64,000 nt of DNA from Lentimicrobiaceae bacterium (GCA_037446395.1 JBBIIP010000016.1:721-64720); one strand, 5' to 3'. Positions 31,235 through 42,011 are shown, counted from the first letter of the stretch. Numbers and translations: made by a program. The notes: generated from the sequence alone by a model not told the origin.

Positions 31235-31242
31235 GTTGCGAA

Positions 31243-32319
31243 TTATTGTTTATAGACGATGGCGTTGATGTTCATCCCCGCGCCTACCGAAGCAAATATG
31301 ATGATGTCGCCTTTATTGATCTGATGCCCGTTCATAGATCTTTTCAGGATCATATCATACAGTGTTGGAACGGTTGCCACCGAGCTGTTGCCAAGTTTTT
31401 GGATATTCATCGGCATAACTTCCTCCGGGTTGATTCGAATTCCGAATAACTTATAGAATCTTTTGATAATTGCTTCATCCATTTTTTCGTTGGCCTGGTG
31501 GATGAGTATTTTCTTCACGTCATTGATGTGAATACCTGATTTGTCGAGTGCTGCCTTCATTGCCTCAGGCACATTTGCAAGGGAATATTCATAGACTTTC
31601 CTCCCAAACATTTTAATATAGCGCAAATTTGGATCTGCATCAGGCAGATTTGATTTGCCAAGAAAAAGATAACCTGCCTCTTCGTTTGTGTGCGAAATAG
31701 CTGCTGATGAGAGCATTCCAGTTCGTTCTTCGGTTTCAACACCTTCAACAATACATGCTCCCGCTCCATCGCTGAAAATCATCGAATCCCGGTCATAGTA
31801 ATCAATGATTCTCGATAAGGTTTCTGCCCCAATTACAAGGCACCGTTTTGCATAACCCGATCTGATAAAGGAATCGGCTTGTATCATTCCCTGAATCCAG
31901 CCCGGGCATCCAAAAACAATATCATACGGAATACATTTGGGGTTCTGAATTTGTAACCTGTGTTTCACCCTGGAGGCGATGCTTGGCACAACATCTGTTT
32001 GAAAAGTGCCAGTATGAACGTCTCCGAAGTTTTGGGCCACAATAATCTGATCAATGGATTCTCGGTCAATTCCGGCATCCATGATGGCTTTTTCAGCTGC
32101 AAGAGCTGCTATCTCCGAACAGGTTTGGCTATCCTTTGCCCACCGCCTCTCCGAAATACCGGTAATGTCCTTAAATTTTTTTATGATTACCTTACCCGGG
32201 GCTTCGATGATTGTATTGTCTTTTTCAAAAAATACCTGATCTGTAAATCTATTGTTTTTTATGATACTCTCCGGTATGTAGCTGCCTGTACCGGTTATGA
32301 CGGTGCTGATATAATTCAT
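31243..32319 (-). CDS. fabH: 3-oxoacyl-ACP synthase III family protein
   Basis: GTGSYIP, FGCPG (Cys), DGAGA, IHQAN, GNSSVAT, ASVGAG. Confidence 0.88.
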   Translation of the reverse strand: MNYISTVITGTGSYIPESIIKNNRFTDQVFFEKDNTIIEAPGKVIIKKFKDITGISERRWAKDSQTCSEIAALAAEKAIMDAGIDRESIDQIIVAQNFGDVHTGTFQTDVVPSIASRVKHRLQIQNPKCIPYDIVFGCPGWIQGMIQADSFIRSGYAKRCLVIGAETLSRIIDYYDRDSMIFSDGAGACIVEGVETEERTGMLSSAAISHTNEEAGYLFLGKSNLPDADPNLRYIKMFGRKVYEYSLANVPEAMKAALDKSGIHINDVKKILIHQANEKMDEAIIKRFYKLFGIRINPEEVMPMNIQKLGNSSVATVPTLYDMILKRSMNGHQINKGDIIIFASVGAGMNINAIVYKQ

Positions 32320-32568
32320 GCTCAAACTAGAATTTCAATAAAGCTTTTAATACTGGAACGATTATAGCCTTGTGCAATTTATTTTGCAAACAGAATATAT
32401 GCGTAAATAAGGTAATTTCGTTTTTTGGCCGGCAAAACTAATTAAAATCGGTTTATTAATTAACGCACACAACGCCGATTTGTTTTGAGGAGGCAAAAAA
32501 CCGGCTCATGCCCAATATAACAAAAGGCGTAGCTAAAAGTTAGAGAATGTAGTAAAATACTGCCAGCC

Positions 32569-33240
32569 ATGAAGTTATCGCCAAAACTCACCCATGACGG
32601 CTCCATTACCCTTTTTGATGATGCGAGATGCGAGCACTATCATTCGATACATGGTGCCATTCAGGAATCTATGTTTGTTTTTGTTGAGGCGGGGTTGAAA
32701 AAAACTACTGAAAACCACTTGAATATTCTTGAGGTCGGATTTGGCACCGGACTGAATGCTTTGTTATCGCTAATTGAAGCAGGCAAAAAGGAGGTAAGGA
32801 TTAACTATATTGCCATTGAACCGAATCCAATACCTCATGAAGTTTACACTTGTCTAAACTACCCGGCTCAGTTGAAAAATAACCGTGCTGCAGAGTTTTT
32901 CGAGATTTTACACACTTCTCCTTTTGGAGTAACTGTGGAGGTTCGTGATGGTTTTTCAATAACAAAGATCTTTGCCACACTCGAGGCCACAACACTACCC
33001 GACAGTTATTTTGATTTGATTTATTTCGATGCGTTTAGTCCGGAAATACAACCTGAACTTTGGACCATTGAAATATTTAAGAAACTCTACAACGCATCAG
33101 CCCCTGGCGCAGTAATGGTAACCTACTCGGCAAAAGGAATGGTGCGGCGCAACATGATCAGCGCAGGGTTTCAGGTAGAACGCCTTCCGGGTCCAGTGGG
33201 TAAAAGAGAAATGCTGAGGGCAAAAAAGTTAGGATTCTAA
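32569..33240 (+). CDS. mnmD: tRNA mnm5s2U34 methyltransferase (stand-alone MnmC methyltransferase domain)
   Basis: DGSITL, HYHSIHGA, LEVGFGTGLN, YFDAFSP, PELW, GKREM. Confidence 0.9.
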   Translation: MKLSPKLTHDGSITLFDDARCEHYHSIHGAIQESMFVFVEAGLKKTTENHLNILEVGFGTGLNALLSLIEAGKKEVRINYIAIEPNPIPHEVYTCLNYPAQLKNNRAAEFFEILHTSPFGVTVEVRDGFSITKIFATLEATTLPDSYFDLIYFDAFSPEIQPELWTIEIFKKLYNASAPGAVMVTYSAKGMVRRNMISAGFQVERLPGPVGKREMLRAKKLGF

Positions 33241-33506
33241 TGCACGTGAAATCCCTTGATATTTGACAGGGGGGCAGGATTGACAAGAACCTCAACCACC
33301 TCGGCCCATGGAGGACCGGTGTGACACCAGGCAACAAATTCTTTCAGATTTGCCGCTTCTCCTTCAGCCTCGATATAAACTGAGCCATCTCTTTGGTTTT
33401 TTGCCAGGCCACAGATGTCGTATCTGGTTGCTGTTTTTTGAGCATAATACCTGAATCCCACGTTTTGAACCCTACCCCTGATGATTATGTCAACACGCTG
33501 TCTCAT
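33237..33506 (-). CDS. acyP: Acylphosphatase
   Basis: GRVQNVGFR, NQRDGSVYIEAEG, GPPWA. Confidence 0.92.
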   Translation of the reverse strand: MRQRVDIIIRGRVQNVGFRYYAQKTATRYDICGLAKNQRDGSVYIEAEGEAANLKEFVAWCHTGPPWAEVVEVLVNPAPLSNIKGFHVH

Positions 33507-34090
33507 TGTGGCAGGAAGTTTTTAGAATCTAATTTTTTGGTTATCAGATGTTCCACCGCATCGAGCAATTGAGATGGTTCCATCGGGCGCCAGGCCATTA
33601 AATTTAGCATATTTCCCATTGAAACATACCTGTCAACATATATTTGCCTGAATTCGTCAATCACATGCTTGCGAAGATTAAGGATCGCAATCCAACCATC
33701 TTCAACATCATCGGCCCATTCCTGGTAATAATCATTTTCCGAGGCATGAAAATTAAGTACATTCTCGCCAATCAGAATAAATTTGCGAATTCCCTGCTCT
33801 ATTAGTAAATCAGCTACATCTCTTTTCAGAAACATAATGTCGTTATAGAGAGTGTCATTCCATTCGCCCAGCAGTTCGATGATGGAATATTGACAGAGAT
33901 AGTCAGTATAGAGAATTTTGAGATAGAGGGTGGATGAACCAAATTCGTCCCACTGGGGATGAATATAATAATTATAAATTGTATGTATGCAGCGCGAATC
34001 TTGATATTTCCGCCCGTAAAATGGTGAGAGGCGATCTGCCGTAGCATCATACAGGTGCTGCCAGGCAACAAACGGTTCAATGGTGTGCAT
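33503..34090 (-). CDS. Hypothetical protein (possible STAS-like C-terminal domain)
   Basis: 195-aa ORF co-oriented with lolA and overlapping acyP by ATGA. Confidence 0.75.
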   Translation of the reverse strand: MHTIEPFVAWQHLYDATADRLSPFYGRKYQDSRCIHTIYNYYIHPQWDEFGSSTLYLKILYTDYLCQYSIIELLGEWNDTLYNDIMFLKRDVADLLIEQGIRKFILIGENVLNFHASENDYYQEWADDVEDGWIAILNLRKHVIDEFRQIYVDRYVSMGNMLNLMAWRPMEPSQLLDAVEHLITKKLDSKNFLPQ

Positions 34091-34126
34091 TGTGTCCGAC
34101 AGTTATAAGATCAGGCTTATAGTTCG

Positions 34127-34762
34127 TTAACGCAGGTCTATAATCTCAATGCCTGGATAAGCGGATGTGTTAAAAATGAATTCTTTATCAGCGATCGGCT
34201 GGTTTGTAATATATTTTTTCACTGCATAGGTGAAGATATTGTTGCTGCTGTCAAAAAGCTTAATGGTTTTTATTTGTTTTTTTTGTGGGTTAACAAATAG
34301 TATCACTTTATTGAAGTTCGACTTCTTCCTTGGCTGCAATTCGATTTGCTGCTCATTGCTGTTTTCTTTCAATGATTTTGCTTTGTAATCATTGCTCCAG
34401 GATTGCAGGAAGCGGGTAGGCGAAAAACCATCTTCGCTGGTGTTGTTTGAATTTACCTGAACCTCGTTTACCGATTCAAGAAAAGTCCATACTGTATTAC
34501 CATCGCTGATTATAAGTTGGTCGGCTATTTCAAGACGATATTTTTCGCCCTTGGATGTAAGTACGCCTGTATATTTTTCCTTAATTTTTTGAGGTTTGTT
34601 TTCCATAAGGTAGTCAAATTCAATCCGCACAGTCGAATATGATTGTGCAATTTTTGAAACCTCATCGAGTATGGCCTGTGCCTTCTTTTCCTGGCCTGAT
34701 AAGGAGGAGGCACTGAGGATGAGATTGATCAGTATTGTTGTTGTTAGCAGTATATTTTTCAT
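34127..34762 (-). CDS. lolA: Outer-membrane lipoprotein carrier protein
   Basis: Signal peptide, KGEKYRLE, ISDGNTVW, NEVQV; directly downstream of ftsK. Confidence 0.85.
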   Translation of the reverse strand: MKNILLTTTILINLILSASSLSGQEKKAQAILDEVSKIAQSYSTVRIEFDYLMENKPQKIKEKYTGVLTSKGEKYRLEIADQLIISDGNTVWTFLESVNEVQVNSNNTSEDGFSPTRFLQSWSNDYKAKSLKENSNEQQIELQPRKKSNFNKVILFVNPQKKQIKTIKLFDSSNNIFTYAVKKYITNQPIADKEFIFNTSAYPGIEIIDLR

Positions 34763-34769
34763 TGCAGTG

Positions 34770-37253
34770 TTATTTCAAATGCATATCTCGCAAAAACTGT
34801 TCCAACGCAAATTCATTGGCAATTCTTACCTCTCTTGCTTTGCTTCCCTCAAACGGCCCTACTATTCCGGCTTTTTCAAGCTGGTCAATAATCCGGCCGG
34901 CCCTGTTATAGCCAAGTTTTAATTTTCGTTGCAGCAATGAAGTGGATCCCTGCTGGTGGGCAACGATGATGCGTGCAGCATCTTCAAAAAATTCGTCATG
35001 CTCGGAGGGGTCAAACAACTCTCCTGCCTCACTCTCTTCGTCGTTATATTCGGGCAGATAAAAAGCATCGGGATAACCTCTTTGCGATCCAATGAAATCA
35101 GTAATCCGCTCAATTTCATGCGTGTCAATAAATGCACATTGCAGGCGAATCAGATCGTTGCCGGTTGATAGCAACATATCGCCCCGTCCGATGAGCTGTT
35201 CTGCTCCCGATGAATCGAGAATCGTTCGTGAATCAATCTTTGAGATTACCCTGAAAGCAAACCGTGCAGGGAAATTCGCCTTTATGCTTCCGGTAATGAT
35301 ATTCACCGAGGGCCGCTGGGTGGCAATAATCAGGTGAATACCCGTTGCGCGCGCCAGCTGCGCAAGCCGGGTGAGAGGCACTTCTATTTCTTTTCCGGCA
35401 GTCATAATCAGGTCGGCAAACTCATCAATCACAACAATGATGTATGGGAGGAAATGATGCCCCTGAAGAGGGTTGAGCTGTCGGGCAATGAACTTGTTGT
35501 TGTATTCCTTTATATTTCTAACCTGTGCATCTTTTAAAAGGTCATACCTGGTATCCATCTCAATATTCAGGGAATTGAGTGTTCTTACTACCTTTCGTGT
35601 ATCGGTGATGATGGCTTCGTCAGAATCGGGAAGTTTGGCCAGAAAATGCCTTTCAATTTTTGAATAAAGGGTGAGTTCAACCTTTTTAGGGTCTATCATC
35701 ACAAATTTAACCTGGGCCGGATGTTTTTTATACAACAACGAAGTGATGATTGCATTCAACCCAACCGATTTGCCTTGCCCGGTAGCACCAGCCATCAGAA
35801 TGTGTGGCATCTTTGTCAGGTCGGCAACAAAACTTTCGTTTGAGATGGTCTTTCCCATGCCGAATGGCAAGTCATACTTTCCTGACTGAAACCGTTCGGA
35901 CGTGATGATTGATTTCATCGAAACATTCTCTGGATTCTGATTGGGAACTTCGATTCCGATGGTGCCTTTTCCGGGTATGGGTGCAATAATTCTGATCCCC
36001 ATTGCCGAGAGACTCAGGGCGATGTCGTCTTCAAGATTTTTTATTTTTGAAATACGAACACCGGGTGCCGGTATAATTTCATACAGTGTAACAGCAGGGC
36101 CAACGGTGGCTTTAATTTTTTCGATCCTAATTCCGTAGTTTCCAAGTGTTTGAACAATCCTGTTTTTGTTCTCCTCGTGCTCTTCCCGATTTACCTTTAT
36201 TACTTGCTCAGCAAAATCTTCGAGTAAATCTATGCTTGGAATGATATAGCTTGCAAGATCAAGGGTGGGATCGTAGGGAGTATCTGTTGTATAATGTGTT
36301 ACGTGGTTGTTAGTGCCGTTTGTTTCGTCAAATAAAACCTTGGCAGGCTGTTCAATAGTCAGCTCGATTTCATTCGATGCTTCATTGCCAATGGGTGGAT
36401 TGCCAAATGGTGTTTCAAGAAAGTCATCATTTTTTTGGTCGTTCTGCTTGAATGGGGGAGTAGTGAGCTCCCATGTATTATCTACATCATCCACAACAAA
36501 TTCGTTGGTATTATATTTGTCTTCTTTCAGATTGTTTTTGCCTTGTGGACGCATCCATGGATCAGTCACTATATTGTCTGGCAAAGGCTTTTCTTTTCGA
36601 ACGGGAATCAATGCTTTAAGCGAAAGATTCACGGTAAAAACGAGCAGCACAATGAGTATAAATATCAGTAGCATACCTGCACCAATTCGCCCCATAAAAC
36701 CCTCGAGCCACTGATATCCATAGACGCCAAAAATTCCTCCGAGAACGGAATAATCGCCCTTTGAGAAAAAGAAACCCATTGTCAAACTTAGCCAAACTGA
36801 AATAACCGAGCACAGGATCAGCGTACGCCACAATGAAAAATTGATCTTATTTAGCACCAGCCTTACCCCTAAAATAAACAGAAAAAATTGTAAAAAGAAC
36901 GCTCCAATGCCAAATCCTTCTTTAATTAATTGATTCGATAATAATCCTCCCAGCCTTCCTCCCCAATTATTCACAGTGATGCTTGGGTCAATTAACAGTT
37001 CATAAACTCCGGTATTGGTCAGCCGATAATCAGGTCTTAAAGAGAAGTAGTTAATAAGGTAAGAAACAGAGGAGATCAAAGCAAACAACGATAGCAAAAT
37101 CAGGAAAGCGCCTACAGTAGAATGGAGTTTTTCACTTTTGAAAATATTTACTCCTCCGGAATTGTTGCCAGGAGCTTTCTTAGGTTTTTTCCTGGAGTTT
37201 TCCAGTTTTTCCTGCTTCAGGACGTTTTTTCTAATGACTTTATCTTTTGTCAA
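34770..37253 (-). CDS. ftsK: DNA translocase
   Basis: N-terminal TM region, MPHILMAGATGQGKS, IDEFAD, ATQRPS, gamma domain LQRKLKLGYNRAGR; start placed at TTG 37253 below TAACTTTG (37277-37284). Confidence 0.93.
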   Translation of the reverse strand: MTKDKVIRKNVLKQEKLENSRKKPKKAPGNNSGGVNIFKSEKLHSTVGAFLILLSLFALISSVSYLINYFSLRPDYRLTNTGVYELLIDPSITVNNWGGRLGGLLSNQLIKEGFGIGAFFLQFFLFILGVRLVLNKINFSLWRTLILCSVISVWLSLTMGFFFSKGDYSVLGGIFGVYGYQWLEGFMGRIGAGMLLIFILIVLLVFTVNLSLKALIPVRKEKPLPDNIVTDPWMRPQGKNNLKEDKYNTNEFVVDDVDNTWELTTPPFKQNDQKNDDFLETPFGNPPIGNEASNEIELTIEQPAKVLFDETNGTNNHVTHYTTDTPYDPTLDLASYIIPSIDLLEDFAEQVIKVNREEHEENKNRIVQTLGNYGIRIEKIKATVGPAVTLYEIIPAPGVRISKIKNLEDDIALSLSAMGIRIIAPIPGKGTIGIEVPNQNPENVSMKSIITSERFQSGKYDLPFGMGKTISNESFVADLTKMPHILMAGATGQGKSVGLNAIITSLLYKKHPAQVKFVMIDPKKVELTLYSKIERHFLAKLPDSDEAIITDTRKVVRTLNSLNIEMDTRYDLLKDAQVRNIKEYNNKFIARQLNPLQGHHFLPYIIVVIDEFADLIMTAGKEIEVPLTRLAQLARATGIHLIIATQRPSVNIITGSIKANFPARFAFRVISKIDSRTILDSSGAEQLIGRGDMLLSTGNDLIRLQCAFIDTHEIERITDFIGSQRGYPDAFYLPEYNDEESEAGELFDPSEHDEFFEDAARIIVAHQQGSTSLLQRKLKLGYNRAGRIIDQLEKAGIVGPFEGSKAREVRIANEFALEQFLRDMHLK

Positions 37254-37296
37254 GGCTATTGAATTTTGAGCCAGTGCAAAGTTATGCAATGCCCTG

Positions 37297-38805
37297 TTAT
37301 TTAACGACTCTGAATAGCTTATTCCATCGAATTTTGCCACTGAACAGCGATTCTTTCGGGTCGAGCGACAACCAAACAAACACAGCTTTCCCAACGATAT
37401 GATCGTTGGGAACAAATCCCCAGAAGCGCGAGTCGGCAGAGTTGTGGCGATTATCGCCCATGAGCCAGAAGTAGTCGAGTTTGAAAGTATAATGCCGGGT
37501 TTCTTTTCCGTTGATCAAGATTCGATTTCCATCAACTTCAAGCTTGTTTTGTTCATACGCTGTAATAATCCTTTCATAGAGGGGCAGGTTTTGGGTAGTA
37601 AGGGCTACACTATCTCCGGCTTTCGGAATATACAGTGGGCCGAAGTTATCCACATTCCATGGAATGTCCTGACTGAATGGAAAAATGTAGTGTTGCCAGC
37701 TGCCAGCCGGTTGAACATTCCTGCGCACTTCAACCACTTCGGCATGGTTTTTCAAATCCTCAACGGAGCGCTGGCTCAATGTAAGATAAAATTCTCCGGG
37801 CCCCGCCATCATGACCTCCTCTGTAACATCGAGTTTTGTCAATAATCTGGAACTGAGCCTGTTTCCGGTGGTTTTCACATAATATCTGAATTGTGCATCG
37901 GGTGGTGGTGCTTGCTCTTTTCCATTAATATATACTACCTGGTCAATGATTTGCATGGTGTCGCCCGGCAATGCAATACATCTTTTGATATAATTTTCGC
38001 GCTTGTCAACCGGCCGTGCCACCACTTCACCAAAATTGAGTTTATCGGTCCGCACTCGTTGGCGTCCATACTCCCTGACAAGGGCGTAATAGCTCTGATT
38101 CTGAGCCTTTAGCGCCACTGTATCTCCATCAGGATAGTTGAATACAACGGCATCACCCCGTTTCACATGACCGAAACCCGGAAAACGATAAAACGGAAGT
38201 TTCAACCACTCTACATATGATTTGGTGTACTTTGTTAGCGGCAAGGTGTGGTGAACAAAAGGAAAAGCAAGGGGCGTGTTTGGTATTTTAGGCCCGTAGG
38301 CCAGTTTGCTGACAAACAAAAAATCTCCGACCAATAACGACTTCTCCATGCTTGAAGTTGGAATGGTGTAGGCCTCGAACCAAAACATACGGATGATGGT
38401 AGCAGCGATCACAGCAAACAAAATGGCATCTACCCATTCTCGCAAGGCTGTTTTTTTGATAACCGGCAATTTTGATGGATGTGTGTATGCATGTTTTTTT
38501 GAGATTCCAAGCCATGGAAGATAAATAAACGGAAACAACACCGAAAGTGCCTGTTGATGCAACCCTGTTTGCCTGTAGCATTTCAGCAATTCGACAATCA
38601 TAAGCATGATCATGAAAGCATTGATAAATGGAAGAATCAGGAAAATATACCACCACAGGGGCTTATCAATCATCTTGAGCCAGTAGAAATAATTCAACAA
38701 TGGAATTGAGGAAAGATAGCCTTTGAAACCGGCTTTTTCAAAAGAATTCCAAAGAAGAACAGGAAAGAAAACCAACAATAAAATGAATAGAATCAATAGG
38801 TTCAT
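37297..38805 (-). CDS. lepB: Signal peptidase I with N-terminal membrane extension
   Basis: IPTSSME (Ser), YIKRC (Lys), GDNRHNSADSRFWG. Confidence 0.95.
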   Translation of the reverse strand: MNLLILFILLLVFFPVLLWNSFEKAGFKGYLSSIPLLNYFYWLKMIDKPLWWYIFLILPFINAFMIMLMIVELLKCYRQTGLHQQALSVLFPFIYLPWLGISKKHAYTHPSKLPVIKKTALREWVDAILFAVIAATIIRMFWFEAYTIPTSSMEKSLLVGDFLFVSKLAYGPKIPNTPLAFPFVHHTLPLTKYTKSYVEWLKLPFYRFPGFGHVKRGDAVVFNYPDGDTVALKAQNQSYYALVREYGRQRVRTDKLNFGEVVARPVDKRENYIKRCIALPGDTMQIIDQVVYINGKEQAPPPDAQFRYYVKTTGNRLSSRLLTKLDVTEEVMMAGPGEFYLTLSQRSVEDLKNHAEVVEVRRNVQPAGSWQHYIFPFSQDIPWNVDNFGPLYIPKAGDSVALTTQNLPLYERIITAYEQNKLEVDGNRILINGKETRHYTFKLDYFWLMGDNRHNSADSRFWGFVPNDHIVGKAVFVWLSLDPKESLFSGKIRWNKLFRVVK

Positions 38806-38832
38806 GGCAAATTGTTTTAAAAATCTAATTTA

Positions 38833-39555
38833 TTAGTCTGTAGCAAAAAGCATGTCTTTCATTCCAAAGCAGCCTTGCCGGCCGACAAGCCATTCGGCTG
38901 CAAGAATCGCGCCCAGGGCAAAGCCTCGCCGGTTTTTTGCGGTATGCTTAATTTCAATAATATCAAACATGGATTCATAACTCACAATATGGGTTCCAGG
39001 CTCGGTGCCTAAGCGAATTGATTGAATTCCGATTTCTCCCATCCCGGCTTTGGCCTTATGCGCCCACCCTTTTTTGCGATTCATTTGTTTAACAATGTCT
39101 TCGGCAATTTTTATGGCTGTCCCGCTCGGTGCATCCATTTTCAGTTCGTGATGGATTTCTTCTATAGAGACTTCATATTCTGGTCGCTCATTCATTAATT
39201 GAGCCAGATGCCTGCTGATTTCAAAAAAAATATTTACACCGATGCTGAAATTTGGTGCGTAAAAAAAAGCTTGCTTTTTTTCAGCGCAGGCCTGTTTGAT
39301 TTCGTTCATCCGGCTGAGCCAGCCTGTTGTTCCGCAGACCACGGGCAAACCCCTGTCAAAACACCTTTTAATATTATTAACAACACTCGAGGCCTGATCA
39401 AAAACAATGGCCATTGTCGCCTGGTTCAAATCATCGCTGAGGGTCACCCAGTCCTCTTCGCTGTCAATTAGCACTTTAGCCGTGTGGTTTCGCTCCTGGG
39501 CAACCAACTCAATTTCTTTGCCCATCTTTCCATATCCAATAATCGCAAGGTTCAT
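38833..39555 (-). CDS. dapB: 4-hydroxy-tetrahydrodipicolinate reductase
   Basis: IIGYGKMG, GTTGW, NFSIG, EIHH..KMDAPSGTA. Confidence 0.95.
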   Translation of the reverse strand: MNLAIIGYGKMGKEIELVAQERNHTAKVLIDSEEDWVTLSDDLNQATMAIVFDQASSVVNNIKRCFDRGLPVVCGTTGWLSRMNEIKQACAEKKQAFFYAPNFSIGVNIFFEISRHLAQLMNERPEYEVSIEEIHHELKMDAPSGTAIKIAEDIVKQMNRKKGWAHKAKAGMGEIGIQSIRLGTEPGTHIVSYESMFDIIEIKHTAKNRRGFALGAILAAEWLVGRQGCFGMKDMLFATD

Positions 39556-39576
39556 TCTATTTTGGGGTTAACTTTA

Positions 39577-40215
39577 CTAAAACCGAATATTCAAGGCAAT
39601 TCCTGCTACGGATTTGCTGTTTTGCTGTTGCGATAGAATTAATGGTTCAATTCTCATCGAGAGGTTTTCTCCCACATCGAAATCAAGAAGGTGGGCATCC
39701 ACAGTGGCATCAATAATGTTAAGCAGATACCAGGCTCCGGCCAGAATATACCCAAGTTCAAGATTGCGCCTGTAATAGTCGCGCCCGATCTGCAATTGAT
39801 TGGCATTATAACGACCAATATACTTATTGACGATCGGAAATGTGTCTTTATTGATTACATATCGGTAAGCCTCTCTGAATTCCCGATATTCAGTGTTATT
39901 AAAATATATGTTGTAGCCCAATGCACCAAATCCGGCATACACGATCGGTATTTTCCAGAATTTACGGTTATAGGCTTGGCCAAGTCCCGGAAGAACTGCC
40001 GAGTAAATGGATGCTCGTTTGGGTGAATGAACTTTTTGTTTATCGGCATTTGTTTCCTGGGCGGCAACCGGAAGAGAAGAAACAAATAGAAGGAGAATCG
40101 CAGCAGCAAAAGCTAGTATTTTCATATACATCAGCACGATTGGCCTGCACTGTTGCAACCAGCCAGCATCAGGCACTCTAACCCCTAAAATACTTGTTTT
40201 AAGCATTAAATTCAT
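39577..40215 (-). CDS. DUF5683-like membrane protein
   Basis: SAVLPGLGQAYN..WKIPIVY, NIIDATVDAHL; position between parB and dapB; true start probably 40131 or 40125. Confidence 0.75.
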   Translation of the reverse strand: MNLMLKTSILGVRVPDAGWLQQCRPIVLMYMKILAFAAAILLLFVSSLPVAAQETNADKQKVHSPKRASIYSAVLPGLGQAYNRKFWKIPIVYAGFGALGYNIYFNNTEYREFREAYRYVINKDTFPIVNKYIGRYNANQLQIGRDYYRRNLELGYILAGAWYLLNIIDATVDAHLLDFDVGENLSMRIEPLILSQQQNSKSVAGIALNIRF

Positions 40216-40232
40216 TTAAGAATTTCGGTAAC

Positions 40233-41120
40233 TCACTTGAGCAAAACACTGCTGATGTGTTTCAGCTCATCATCGGAGCGAAAAGTAATAACGATGCTGC
40301 CTTTCCCTTTAGTATTCCTTTTGACCTCAACCGCGGTGCCAAAATGCTGATCGAGTGCTTGTTTAAGAGTTTGTAACACTTCGGGGAGAGAATTCGGATG
40401 GTTTTGGGCTTTCTGGATGTGTGGTCGGTTTATTGTGCGCACGACATCTTCGGTTTGTCTTACCGAAAGATCCTTTTTAAGTATTTGGGTCAAAATAGAA
40501 ATTTGTGCTTGTTCACCATCTACATTTATAAGCGCCCTGGCATGGCCCATCGAGATGGCATTGTCGCGCAGGGCTACCTGAACTGCAGCCGGAAGTTTCA
40601 GCAGCCGAATATAGTTGGCAATGGTTGAGCGATTTTTCCCTACTCGATCGCTTAGTTGCTCCTGTGTGAGACTGCATTCTTCGATAAGGCGATTGAAACT
40701 AATGGCAATGGCCAGTGGGTTGAGCTCTTGTCGCTGAATATTTTCAACCAGGGCCATTTCGAGCATTTGCTGGTCGTTGGCCACACGGATATAGGCCGGG
40801 AGTTTTAGCAACCCTGCCAGGGAAGCAGCGCGCAGGCGACGTTCGCCCGATATGAGCTGATAGCGGTCGTAGCCCATTTTGCGAACCGTTACAGGTTGTA
40901 TCAGTCCTTGTTCGGCAATACTCTCGGCCAACTCCCGGAGCGATTCCTCTTCTATAAAATCTCTGGGTTGAAAAGGGTTAGCCGAGATGTTGGCGATGGG
41001 TATTTCAGCGATGGCTCCAACCACGAATTCGCCCGAAATATCCCGGCTGGTAATGTCGGTTTCAGGACTTTGTAGAATAGCATCCAGCCCCCTGCCTAAG
41101 GCTCGCTTCTTAGAGTTCAT
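40233..41120 (-). CDS. parB: Chromosome partitioning protein
   Basis: ALGRGL, NPFQPR, LISGERRLRA, ENIQRQELN, HTH. Confidence 0.96.
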   Translation of the reverse strand: MNSKKRALGRGLDAILQSPETDITSRDISGEFVVGAIAEIPIANISANPFQPRDFIEEESLRELAESIAEQGLIQPVTVRKMGYDRYQLISGERRLRAASLAGLLKLPAYIRVANDQQMLEMALVENIQRQELNPLAIAISFNRLIEECSLTQEQLSDRVGKNRSTIANYIRLLKLPAAVQVALRDNAISMGHARALINVDGEQAQISILTQILKKDLSVRQTEDVVRTINRPHIQKAQNHPNSLPEVLQTLKQALDQHFGTAVEVKRNTKGKGSIVITFRSDDELKHISSVLLK

Positions 41121-41925
41121 CTTCTATCTGGATTTGTTTTTCTGATTGTTTGACGGGTGTCATATCGTTTTTTTGCAGAATCTCACGGGCAAGATTTAAG
41201 TAGTTGATTGCACCTGTGCTGTTTATGTCGTGAATGATTATGGTTTCTCCAAAACTAGGTGCTTCTCCTAATTTGATGTTTCGGTTGATGATTGTGTCGA
41301 AAACCATTTGCTGAAAATGGGTTTTGACTTCTTCAACCACCTGATTGGCCAGCCGAAGACGCGAATCATACATTGTAAGCAGAATGCCTTCGATAGTCAA
41401 CTCCGGATTAAGGCGTGACTGAACAATTTTAATTGTGTTTAACAGTTTTCCAAGACCTTCGAGCGCAAAATATTCGCATTGCACCGGCACAATCACTGAG
41501 TCGGCTGCCGTGAGCGCGTTCACAGTAATCAACCCCAGCGAGGGCCCGCAATCAATGATGATAAAATCATAGCCGGCTTTCACCTGATTTGTAACCCGTT
41601 GCAACATTTTCTCGCGATTGGGCCGATTAATCATTTCAATTTCGGCGCCAACCAGGTCAATGTGGGCCGGAATTATATCAAGGTTGGGTGTTTCTGTATT
41701 TAGAATGATGTTGTTAGGATTGACCTCGTCAATAATGCACTCATAAATACTTGTTTTTATGTTTTTGGGGTTGAACCCAACCCCTGAAGTTGCATTGGCC
41801 TGTGGATCTGCATCAATCAACAATGTTCTGTATTCCAACACAGCAAGGCTTGCACCGAGGTTGATAGCGGTGGTGGTTTTGCCAACACCTCCCTTCTGGT
41901 TAACGATCGTGATTACCTTTCCCAT
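41110..41925 (-). CDS. parA: Chromosome partitioning ATPase (Soj)
   Basis: NQKGGVGKTTT, DADPQAN, IDCGP, VQCEYFALEG. Confidence 0.96.
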   Translation of the reverse strand: MGKVITIVNQKGGVGKTTTAINLGASLAVLEYRTLLIDADPQANATSGVGFNPKNIKTSIYECIIDEVNPNNIILNTETPNLDIIPAHIDLVGAEIEMINRPNREKMLQRVTNQVKAGYDFIIIDCGPSLGLITVNALTAADSVIVPVQCEYFALEGLGKLLNTIKIVQSRLNPELTIEGILLTMYDSRLRLANQVVEEVKTHFQQMVFDTIINRNIKLGEAPSFGETIIIHDINSTGAINYLNLAREILQKNDMTPVKQSEKQIQIEDEL

Positions 41926-42011
41926 ATCTTCTTATTTTGCGGCAGCAGTTTACAGCTTATCGTTGATAATTAATAATTTGCCTAAAGAATACATTGATTT
42001 GTCAACGTTTG

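Noticed and set aside
32569-33240. Truncated mnmC pseudogene
   Set aside because: A stand-alone methyltransferase domain is a normal form; the ORF is intact.
37254-37415. Extended FtsK N-terminus overlapping lepB by 119 bp
   Set aside because: A TAACTTTG promoter element at 37277-37284 and an in-frame TTG at 37253 explain a shorter gene.
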